Positions 54,279 to 61,049 of a stretch of DNA of 61,049 nt are shown piece by piece. This DNA is from Selenomonadaceae bacterium (lineage in GTDB: Bacteria; Bacillota; Negativicutes; Selenomonadales; Selenomonadaceae). A model generated the notes under the pieces. The model did no database searches and was not told the DNA's origin. It saw only the letters and a list, made by a program, of their open reading frames with translations. The position numbers and the translations under genes were made by a program. Location of the stretch: the NCBI GenBank assembly GCA_017444245.1, contig JAFSXD010000001.1, positions 1 through 61,049 on the forward strand, written 5' to 3'. Each line of letters opens with the position of its first letter. Position 1 is the stretch's first letter.

Positions 54279-55961
54279 TCATGCCAAAACTTTTTTCAAG
54301 CCGTCAATGTATTCTTCCGTCGACGGCAAATAGATGTGTTGCCTGCTCTCAGCTACAGGTTCGGCAATTTCCGCAATAAGGTTGTATGCAAATTGCGGGC
54401 GATCTTTGGATGCGTACATGTCCTTCAAGGTATCGCCGTCCAACGTCTTACTAAGTTTATCGGCTATCGTGTCAGCTTCCGTTTTGTTAAGAATAAAATC
54501 AACTGAAACTGTCTGAAATTCATCTTCCAAAATCTTGCACATTTTCTTGCTGTCATCTTCGATAATTTCATCGGTTACAGCTTTTGAAACTTTGCTTGCC
54601 GCAGTGCTCGATAACCAAGCAGCAATTAACATTCCTACTGGTCCAAAGGGAGCACCCAACATCGCGCCGCCAATTCCGCCTGCGACTCCTGCGCCAGAGT
54701 TCACAACATTTTTGAAAAGTTGAGACGCCGAAATTCTGCCGCGAAGAATATTTATCACGTCGCCCGCTGACATAATCGCAACCGTTGCAATTCCCGTGAC
54801 AGCATTCCCGCGCAGTAACTTAGACGCACTTTTCATTGCCGCCGCCCCGTAAATACTCGTGCCTTCTCTGAAAGCATTCACCAAATGTGCTGACATCTTC
54901 GGACCCATAGCTTTAACGAGTGCATCGGACGCAGGAATAAGCATTGTGTTGAAGCCCGCCTTCGTAATTTGTCCCGCTACAATCGAACCTGCCCATGCCA
55001 TGCCGCCGACTTGCAAGCCCGCTTTAACCGAATTTTCCAAAGCAACTTCAAAAGATTCACCGTTCCAAATGCAAACCGCAAAATTTATCGCCGCAGAAAT
55101 TCCGCCACTGTACGCGCCAATTTTTATTCCGTCTATCGCGTCATAAGTCAATGATTCGATTGTTCCCGCCTTCGCAATATTTTTTGCCTGCTCGTAAGTC
55201 ACATTGCCTTTGCGGATAATGTCTTCAGCTTTTTTGACGCCGCGAATTTGTCCTCTATCAATTCGACTTTGCATTGCTCTAACCGCGTCGTCGTACTTAT
55301 CGGCGGGAACTTCAATTTGCATTGGCGAACCGTCACGATTGTAATAGCGAAATTCTCCGTTGTGGAAACATTCTTGAACACACTTTGAGCCGGTGGCACA
55401 GTACTTGCTTTGAATGTTCGCGCCGTTTACGAGTCTGTCCGCACCGTTTTTAGCGTTGTCGTCGCCGACAATGTGTGCGTCTTTGCCTGTCATTCTGTCG
55501 TACAAGTCATTGGCGCGTTCTGCGGCAAAACCATGCCCCTTTGAACCGTGAAATTTTTCTTCAAAGTAAACCTTTTCTGTACCAACAAAAGCACCTTGTG
55601 CAAGTCCTGTATTTTTTGCGCCGCGTGAAGGTTCATTATTTGAAAAATGAAACCCTTCCGCACTTTCTTCTTCCTCTTCAAGATCAACAAAATAGCCTTC
55701 TTCGCCGAACCTGCTATCTACGAGTCTCTTCAAAGTTTTCACTGCCTCGTATTCGTCAGGTCCATCCGCCGCGATAGTAATTTCCGTGCCTTTAGTCAAG
55801 CCCATGCTCATAATCATGAGAATACTTTTCGCGTCAACTCTTTTGCCTTTCGCTTTAATCCAAACTTTTGATTTGAACTTGGACGCAGTCTGCACGAACA
55901 CCGACGCGGGGCGCGCATGAATACCGGTTTTGTTTTCGATAGTAGTTGTAAGCTCAAACAT
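54279..55961 (-). CDS. HPr (PTS phosphocarrier) domain fused to a ~470-aa domain of unknown function with a Gly/Ala-rich membrane-active-looking C-terminal half
   Basis: The N-terminal 88 aa align to HPr: KTGIHARPASVFVQTASKF (His15), VDAKSILMIMSMGLTKG (Ser46), EITIAADGPDE. Next comes KGHGFAAERANDLYDRMTG..GDDNAKNGADRLVNGANIQSKYC, followed by GGISAAINF.., AGLQVGGMAWAGSIVAG.. and GAGVAGGIGGAMLGAPFGPVG. Confidence 0.8.
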   Translation of the reverse strand: MFELTTTIENKTGIHARPASVFVQTASKFKSKVWIKAKGKRVDAKSILMIMSMGLTKGTEITIAADGPDEYEAVKTLKRLVDSRFGEEGYFVDLEEEEESAEGFHFSNNEPSRGAKNTGLAQGAFVGTEKVYFEEKFHGSKGHGFAAERANDLYDRMTGKDAHIVGDDNAKNGADRLVNGANIQSKYCATGSKCVQECFHNGEFRYYNRDGSPMQIEVPADKYDDAVRAMQSRIDRGQIRGVKKAEDIIRKGNVTYEQAKNIAKAGTIESLTYDAIDGIKIGAYSGGISAAINFAVCIWNGESFEVALENSVKAGLQVGGMAWAGSIVAGQITKAGFNTMLIPASDALVKAMGPKMSAHLVNAFREGTSIYGAAAMKSASKLLRGNAVTGIATVAIMSAGDVINILRGRISASQLFKNVVNSGAGVAGGIGGAMLGAPFGPVGMLIAAWLSSTAASKVSKAVTDEIIEDDSKKMCKILEDEFQTVSVDFILNKTEADTIADKLSKTLDGDTLKDMYASKDRPQFAYNLIAEIAEPVAESRQHIYLPSTEEYIDGLKKVLA

Positions 55962-56019
55962 AAAATCCCTCCTTCACATTAACCAAAACTTATGAAATTA
56001 CGCAACATTCCTGCATTTT

Positions 56020-56049
56020 ATTCTACCCCCCCCCTCAAAGATTTGTCAA
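56020..56049 (-). promoter_or_regulatory. promoter of the HPr-fusion gene with a G9 tract in the spacer
   Basis: On the minus strand: TTGACA (56049-56044), aatctttga, G9, then TAGAAT (56025-56020). The spacer is 18 nt. A 58-nt leader ends in AAGGAGG and the ATG at 55961. Confidence 0.65.
56026..56034 (-). repeat. homopolymer G9 (minus strand) inside the promoter spacer
   Basis: I counted nine C on the plus strand (56026-56034). Confidence 0.95.
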
Positions 56050-56093
56050 GAATAGATTCAGAAAATTTTTGTCTTGAATTCATTCTACTTCCT

Positions 56094-56432
56094 TTAGTTT
56101 GCAAAATACTCCGCGATTTTCCAGCCCGCCGATTCAACCATTGCAACGGTCAAGATGCTTGGATGTATCATTGGACATGAAATTGGAATCCACATTCTCT
56201 TGGACAGGAATTGTTTGTTAAGTTTCTCCTGCGCAATCTTTGTTGCAAGAGTTTCTGAAATTGTAACATTGGAAACTTTTACCAACGCCATCGTCATTGT
56301 CGTAAGTGCTTTTTCGTCGACCGCGTCAAGCTCATAGGGTATCATTATATGATTTTTCCCCGACAACACGTCACGCGCATGGTGTTTAATGACGTCTTCG
56401 CACTGATGTTTTTCGGCTTTTGTCATCGCCAT
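56094..56432 (-). CDS. small DUF697-like paralog A (112 aa)
   Basis: MAMTKAEKHQCEDVI.. ..MVESAGWKIAEYFAN. It shares its termini and leader with paralog B. The DUF697 assignment is from memory of the family pattern. Confidence 0.65.
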   Translation of the reverse strand: MAMTKAEKHQCEDVIKHHARDVLSGKNHIMIPYELDAVDEKALTTMTMALVKVSNVTISETLATKIAQEKLNKQFLSKRMWIPISCPMIHPSILTVAMVESAGWKIAEYFAN

Positions 56433-56640
56433 GAAACATTCCTCCTCTGTGTGACTGAAAAATAATTTACCTGTGCATAAGATACAACAATCGCAATTTC
56501 ATTTTGTAATTGTCATTTCCCCATTCAGAAAATTTTTCACGGTTTAATAAATGTGAAGGAGCGCACGTCCTTGTACGCCCCCTCAACCCAAGTTCAAGTG
56601 CTGAACAGTATCCGTTTTCATGAAGAAATTTTAGTGGAGA

Positions 56641-56829
56641 CTATTTCATTTGTTTCAATTTTTCATCGTAGTATTTCACTCTGGCGTAATGTCTTTTTGC
56701 AATGCCATAGTGTGGACCTGCCTCAACGTCGTTGGACGCATTTTTAGCCGCCGCCCATTCGCGTTTGGCATTTTTCAAAGCACGATCCCGCGCACTTTCC
56801 GCAAGTTCACGCTTTCTTTCTTCCGTCAT
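56641..56829 (-). CDS. small charged helical protein (62 aa)
   Basis: MTEERKRELAESARDRALKNAKREW.. with an AAAGGAGGTG RBS. The track ORF starts further upstream, inside paralog B. Confidence 0.5.
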   Translation of the reverse strand: MTEERKRELAESARDRALKNAKREWAAAKNASNDVEAGPHYGIAKRHYARVKYYDEKLKQMK

Positions 56830-56833
56830 ATTT

Positions 56834-57184
56834 TCACCTCCTTTGATTCGCAAAATTTTCCGCGATTTGCCAACCCGCCGATTCAATCATTGTGACAGTC
56901 AACGCTGCTGATGCAATGTTTCCAAGTCCGGGAAAAATTTTCACGAACTCTGAAACAACCATTTTGCCTGCCAATTCTTTCAACGCGTTAACCGCCGTAG
57001 TTGCGGCAAGAGTTTCTGACATTGAAACGTTGAAAGTGTTTGCCAATGCCATCGTCATCGTCGTAAGTGCCGCCACGTTAATCGGCGTGCCGACTCCAGG
57101 TATCAGTGAACCACCAATGACAGCCCACGCGTGACCGTGAATGATGTCTTCGCACTGATGTTTTTCGGCTTTTGTCATCGCCAT
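56834..57184 (-). CDS. small DUF697-like paralog B (116 aa)
   Basis: MAMTKAEKHQCEDII..GGSLIPGVGTPINVAALTTMTMALA..FPGLGNIASAALTVTMIESAGWQIAENFANQRR. Confidence 0.65.
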   Translation of the reverse strand: MAMTKAEKHQCEDIIHGHAWAVIGGSLIPGVGTPINVAALTTMTMALANTFNVSMSETLAATTAVNALKELAGKMVVSEFVKIFPGLGNIASAALTVTMIESAGWQIAENFANQRR

Positions 57185-57393
57185 GAAACATTCCTCCTCT
57201 TTGTGACTGAAAAAATAATTTACCTGTACATAAGATACAACAATCGCAATTTCATTTTGTAATTGTCATTTCCCTATTCAGAAAATTTTTCACGGTTTAA
57301 TAAATGTGAAGGAGCGCACGTCCTTGTACGCCCCCTCAACTCAAGTTCAAGTGTTGAACAGTCTCCGTTTTCGTGAAGAAATTTTAGTGGAGA

Positions 57394-57450
57394 CTATTTC
57401 ATTTGTTTCAATTTTTCTTCGTAGTACTTTCTACTTCGGCGTATCTTTTG
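57394..57450 (-). pseudogene. decayed remnant of a second copy of the 62-aa gene
   Basis: The 3' end ctatttcatttgtttcaattttt.. is identical to 56641-56663. After that it diverges, with an internal deletion. Confidence 0.55.
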
Positions 57451-57461
57451 CCGTCCTGTCG

Positions 57462-57821
57462 TTAACTCCTTTGATTTGCAAAATTCTCCGCGATTTGCCA
57501 ACCCGCCATTTCAACCCTTTTATAAGCCGTTGGGTCAATCACCATAGGGATAAAACAAAATGGGAACATCAGAGGCTTCATCAACCCTGTTATCAACCCT
57601 GAAACGAAGGGCAATTTAGCCAATTCTTCTTCGACGTTTTTCAGCGCGTTAACCGCCGTAGTGTTAGCAAGAGCTTCCGTCATCGAAACGTTGAAAACTT
57701 TTGCAAGAGCCAGCGTCATTTTTGTGAGTTCTGCCAAATTCACAGGCGCGCAACCAATCACAGCGGCACACTTGCAAATGATGTCCTTGCACAATTTTTT
57801 TTCAGCCTTTGTAATTTTCAT
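57462..57821 (-). CDS. small DUF697-like paralog C (119 aa)
   Basis: MKITKAEKKLCKDII.. ..VEMAGWQIAENFANQRS. Confidence 0.6.
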   Translation of the reverse strand: MKITKAEKKLCKDIICKCAAVIGCAPVNLAELTKMTLALAKVFNVSMTEALANTTAVNALKNVEEELAKLPFVSGLITGLMKPLMFPFCFIPMVIDPTAYKRVEMAGWQIAENFANQRS

Positions 57822-57909
57822 AAAAACTTCTCCAATCGATTAAGTGAAAAGTTATCTTCGACGCGCCCCGCGCATTTTGTACGAGGACGCGTTTTTTTTC
57901 TTCCGTCAA

Positions 57910-58269
57910 TTATTGACGTCTTTGATGCGCAAAATCTTCTGCCATTTGCCAGCCCGCCAATTCAACCGTTGTGCATGTCAACGAAACCGGCAAAGTCTCT
58001 CCCCTGTTGGGAAATTTTTCTATGTACTCTCTAACATTGATTCTGCGTTCAACTTCTTTCAGCATGTTAACCGCCGTAATTGTTGCAAGAGTTTTAGTCA
58101 TTGAAACCTTAAACATTTTCGCCAACGTCCGCGTCATCTTTGTAATTTCTTCCAGATTAACGGTAGGACCAAATTTTGTTTTGAGCGATCCGCCGATGGA
58201 ATGCTTTGTGTGATAGCGAATGATTTGTTCACATTTTTGACGTTCGGCTTTGGTAATCAACGTTCTCAT
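57910..58269 (-). CDS. small DUF697-like paralog D (119 aa)
   Basis: ..ITKAERQKCEQII.. ..VELAGWQMAEDFAHQRRQ. Confidence 0.6.
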   Translation of the reverse strand: MRTLITKAERQKCEQIIRYHTKHSIGGSLKTKFGPTVNLEEITKMTRTLAKMFKVSMTKTLATITAVNMLKEVERRINVREYIEKFPNRGETLPVSLTCTTVELAGWQMAEDFAHQRRQ

Positions 58270-58315
58270 GAAAAATTCCTCCTGTAATTCAGAAAAGTTT
58301 TACCGACAAAATTTT

Positions 58316-58579
58316 TTACTGTGAAAATTTGTCAACGAGCAAGTCGAAAATATTTCTTGCCAAATCACGCGGCGTGTGTGACAAATCCGCGCCCTTCGAC
58401 CTGTTGTCGTGTTTGCACATCGCCTGCAAGTTCCAATCGCTGTCCGGTCCGCCGTATTTTTGCGGGATAATGTGATCCACGTCCATTTCGGACTTTCTGA
58501 AATTCTTTCCGCACTCGGGGCATTTGTGCCAGCCGCCGTGCGTTTTGTGCGAATCGAAGTAGTCTTTCCTGTAACCCAT
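58316..58579 (-). CDS. mini HNH endonuclease (87 aa)
   Basis: CPECGKNF..MDVDHIIPQKYGGPDSDWNLQAMCKHDNRSKG. The ATG at 58579 follows an AGAGGAGGAAA RBS. Confidence 0.8.
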   Translation of the reverse strand: MGYRKDYFDSHKTHGGWHKCPECGKNFRKSEMDVDHIIPQKYGGPDSDWNLQAMCKHDNRSKGADLSHTPRDLARNIFDLLVDKFSQ

Positions 58580-58739
58580 AAAAAAATTTCCTCCTCTGTA
58601 AATCACCAAAAAATTCATTTAAAGTTGCTTGCAATATTCAGTTTTCAAAGAACCCTTCAAAAAAGTTTTTACTTTTCTGTTGTCGAGCGTCGAAGTATTT
58701 GTCGCCGACCGCTGTTGAAACCTCCTACTGTAATAATAA

Positions 58740-59015
58740 AACACTCGGGATTTTATTTTGTAATTGTCATTTCCGCGTTCAGAAAAATTTTTTTGGAAGT
58801 TTTATTCTAGTCTCTTTAGTGTGCAAAATTCTGCGTTCAGAAAAATTTTTTTGAAATTTATTCCGGTCTCTTTCGTGTGCAAAATATTCCGCGATCTGCC
58901 GACCCGCCGATTCAATTTCATCTTCTCTGTGTGACTGAAAAAATTTATCCATGTGTAAGATACACCAAGCGCAATTTCAATTTGTAATTGTCACTTCCGC
59001 GTTCAAAGATTTTTT
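58740..59015 (-). pseudogene. stack of collapsed paralog copies: leader fragments fused directly to paralog 3' ends
   Basis: 58745-58790 and 58960-59010 repeat the leader core (attttgtaattgtcatttcc..ttcagaaaa). 58866-58916 is a paralog 3' end (..IESAG.QIAEYFAH) joined straight to the RBS-proximal leader (ctctgtgtgactgaaaaa). Confidence 0.6.
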
Positions 59016-59093
59016 AAACTTTCTTTGTGGGCAGGAAATTTTAGCCGCCGTAAAGAATTAAACAAAAAACTTTTCATTGGGGGGAAAAATTTT

Positions 59094-60368
59094 ATGGGTT
59101 TAATTCAAGCGGCGATTAGTGCTGTCGGCGGAACGCTCGGAGATCAATGGAAGGAACTTTTCTATTGTGACAGTTTAGGCGCGGATATTTTGGCGGCAAA
59201 AGGACATCGTCGCACGCGCAGAGGAAGTTCCAACGCCGGCGACGATAACATCATTACGGACGGGTCGCTTATCTCCGTGAACAACGGGCAATGCATGATG
59301 ATCGTTGAGCAAGGAAAAGTTGTAGACTTCTGCGCGGAGCCCGGCGAATACACGTACGACAAAGGAACTGCGCCTTCGCTTTTCTCCGGTGGCAGTCTCG
59401 CTTCAAACATTCAAGCAGTTTTTCATGAAATTGGCAGACGTTTCACTTTCGGCGGCGACACGGGAAAAGATCAGCGCATTTACTATTTCAACACGAAAGA
59501 AATTGTCGGCAACAAGTACGGTACGCCGAGCCCCGTTCCCTTCCGCGTCGTCGATTACAATATCGGCTTGGACGTGGACATTGCGATAAAATGTTTTGGT
59601 TCGTACAGCTACAAGATCGTCAATCCGATTTTGTTTTACACAAACGTTTGCGGCAACGTGGCAGAAACTTATAATCGTTCGGAAATTGATGCGCAGTTGA
59701 AAACGGAATTGATGACGGCGTTGCAACCTGCCTTCGCAAAAATTTCTGAAATGGGCATTCGTTACAGCGCACTGCCGGGACATACTCAAGAAATTGCCGA
59801 CGCGTTGAACGAAGTCTTAAGCAAGAAATGGGGCGAACTGCGCGGCTTGCAAGTCGTATCTTTCGGCGTCTCCAACGTCAGCGCAAGCGAAGAAGATGCC
59901 GCAATGATTAAGGAAATGCAACGTAACGGCGCATTGAGAAATCCGGCAATGGCGGCGGCTCATTTGACGGGCGCACAAGCAAGCGCAATGCAAGCGGCGG
60001 CGAACAACACGGCAGGCGCAATGACAGGATTCATGGGCATGGGCATGGCGCAGAACGCAGGCGGTGCTAATCCCGCAAATCTTTTCGCTATGGCTCAACA
60101 ACAAACTCAACCTCAACAGAATCAACCGCCCACATGGAAATGTCCGTCTTGCGGCAACGAAGGCAATCGAGGAAATTTCTGCATGAATTGCGGCGCAAAA
60201 AAACCTGCACCTGTCGCCGGTTGGAAATGCGAATGCGGCGCGACCAATACAGGAAGATTCTGTTCAGAGTGCGGCAAACCGAAACCTGCTTCAGACGAAT
60301 GGACTTGTTCATGCGGCGCAGTCAACAAAGGAAAATTCTGCGCGGAATGCGGAAAACCCAGAGCGTAA
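59094..60368 (+). CDS. SPFH-domain protein of the COG4260/YdjI type with three C-terminal zinc ribbons
   Basis: MGLIQAAISAVGGTLGDQWKE.. Then CPSCGNEGNRGNFCMNCG, CECGATNTGRFCSECG and CSCGAVNKGKFCAECG. The ATG at 59094 follows a GGGGGG run. Confidence 0.75.
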   Translation: MGLIQAAISAVGGTLGDQWKELFYCDSLGADILAAKGHRRTRRGSSNAGDDNIITDGSLISVNNGQCMMIVEQGKVVDFCAEPGEYTYDKGTAPSLFSGGSLASNIQAVFHEIGRRFTFGGDTGKDQRIYYFNTKEIVGNKYGTPSPVPFRVVDYNIGLDVDIAIKCFGSYSYKIVNPILFYTNVCGNVAETYNRSEIDAQLKTELMTALQPAFAKISEMGIRYSALPGHTQEIADALNEVLSKKWGELRGLQVVSFGVSNVSASEEDAAMIKEMQRNGALRNPAMAAAHLTGAQASAMQAAANNTAGAMTGFMGMGMAQNAGGANPANLFAMAQQQTQPQQNQPPTWKCPSCGNEGNRGNFCMNCGAKKPAPVAGWKCECGATNTGRFCSECGKPKPASDEWTCSCGAVNKGKFCAECGKPRA

Positions 60369-60389
60369 ATTTTTGCGGAGGATTTTAAT

Positions 60390-60713
60390 TTGCTGGTAAT
60401 ATCGATTGTACTTGCAGTATTTATCGGATATCTTTTTCGCGCCACTTTGATTGATTCGATGAGCAACGTTAAAGTCGCTCAAGAGGCGCAGGAATATTTG
60501 AACAAGGACAGCGTAGACTTAACGACGGAAATTGACACTTACCTTTACACGAACATCACCGTAATTCCGAAGGACAAAGACGAAGACGAAGACCAAAAAC
60601 AAATTGAAGATGACAATAATGACGATTCGGATGATGACGCGGACGACGATTCGGACAATGATTCAGACAATGATTCGGACAGCGGAAGTGACGGCGGCAA
60701 TGGTGACAATTGA
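60390..60713 (+). CDS. single-pass membrane protein with a poly-acidic (D/S/N) tail
   Basis: An N-terminal TM helix (LVISIVLAVFIGYLF) and a C-terminal DDNNDDSDDDADDDSDNDSDNDSDSGSDGG tail. TTG start. Confidence 0.5.
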   Translation: MLVISIVLAVFIGYLFRATLIDSMSNVKVAQEAQEYLNKDSVDLTTEIDTYLYTNITVIPKDKDEDEDQKQIEDDNNDDSDDDADDDSDNDSDNDSDSGSDGGNGDN

Positions 60714-60789
60714 TTCGGTTGACTGATTCGTTTAATGGTAAGATTATCTGCGCGAAAAATTTTTCAAATCAAAAATAGTTTTCCGAAGA

Positions 60790-60836
60790 AAAGGGGGTGT
60801 GTTCATTTTGGGGCATGCCCCCTTTGAAAAATCAAG
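60790..60836 (+). terminator. possible terminator hairpin
   Basis: AAAGGGGG..GGGGCATGCCCC..CCCCCTTT nested palindromes. The T-run is weak. Confidence 0.3.
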
Positions 60837-60911
60837 TTCGTTTGATATAATGAGTTGAAAATTATTTTAGTCGTTTGATGTATTTAGGTTATGATTGACA
60901 AAAATTTTGGA

Positions 60912-60978
60912 GGCTTTCAACTGTTGAAGAGAAGTTGTCAAAAAATTTAAAAGTCCTTAAAAACTTGTAAGGAGGTGA
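60912..60978 (+). promoter_or_regulatory. ~67-nt conserved element, copy 2, with the palindrome TTCAAC-T-GTTGAA
   Basis: GCTTTCAACTGTTGAAGAGAAGTTGTCAAAAAATTTAAAAGTCCTTAAAAACTTGTAAGGAGGT. Confidence 0.6.
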
Positions 60979-61003
60979 ATTCCGTTACTGAAAAATTTTT
61001 ATG

Positions 61004-61032
61004 TTGACTTTAATTCAATCTAACGGTAGAAT
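61004..61032 (+). promoter_or_regulatory. candidate promoter reading out of the right edge of the window
   Basis: TTGACT (61004-61009), a 17-nt spacer, then TAGAAT (61027-61032). Confidence 0.5.
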
Positions 61033-61049
61033 CTAAACGACTCTTTGAA

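Noticed and set aside
56553-56747. Plus-strand ORFs starting MKERTSLYAPSTQVQVLNS.. (also at 57306-57602), conserved in two copies
   Set aside because: The conservation is explained by the segmental duplication of the leader. They have a GTG start, no RBS, and lie antisense to the 62-aa gene and its remnant.
60894-60908. TTGACA at 60894 as a promoter -35, by analogy with the first locus
   Set aside because: No acceptable -10 follows at 16-18 nt. The better promoter is TTGACT-N17-TAGAAT at 61004-61032.

Overview
This 61-kb chromosomal window comes from a moderate-GC bacterium with Firmicutes-like gene content: AddB, class-1B PyrK/PyrD, a YlqG/FliK-like gene after rnhB, PriA, DnaB, MutL, CarB and purE/C/M/N. 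I cannot assign a taxon from the sequence alone. Most genes lie on the minus strand. Housekeeping operons (pyr, pur) are interleaved with single accessory genes: glycan-modifying enzymes, a flavoprotein and a small secreted protein.

Main observations:
1. Three long G/C homopolymers all sit in accessory genes. C9 splits an FkbH-HAD/acetyltransferase gene, G12 splits a GT61 glycosyltransferase, and G9 lies inside the -35/-10 spacer of a promoter. This is a contingency-locus (phase-variation) signature.
2. An accessory island at about 54.3-59.0 kb is the best candidate for an undescribed system. It holds the G9-promoter gene (a complete HPr domain fused to a large Gly/Ala-rich domain of unknown function), a tandem birth-and-death array of small DUF697-like paralogs with near-identical leaders and termini, and a mini-HNH nuclease. 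An SPFH/zinc-ribbon gene pair lies next to it.
3. A family of tandem repeats with a 7-8-nt period (RGATCGAT, TTAG/CTAA, CTTRAAG, CATTRCG, CCCTACT, CTACAAS) fills gene boundaries. One copy is translated inside a decarboxylase gene.
4. There is a roughly 1750-aa Gly/Ser/Thr-rich RTX-like protein with a long leader and atypical composition.
5. Flagellar-type genes are scattered (FliH-, FliJ-, YlxF/MotE-, SLT- and FliK-like), with no fliI in the window.
6. Several short segmental duplications lie at gene boundaries, and a degraded ImmA/DUF4417 islet is present.

I recognised no rRNA, tRNA, CRISPR array, transposase, integrase or reverse transcriptase.
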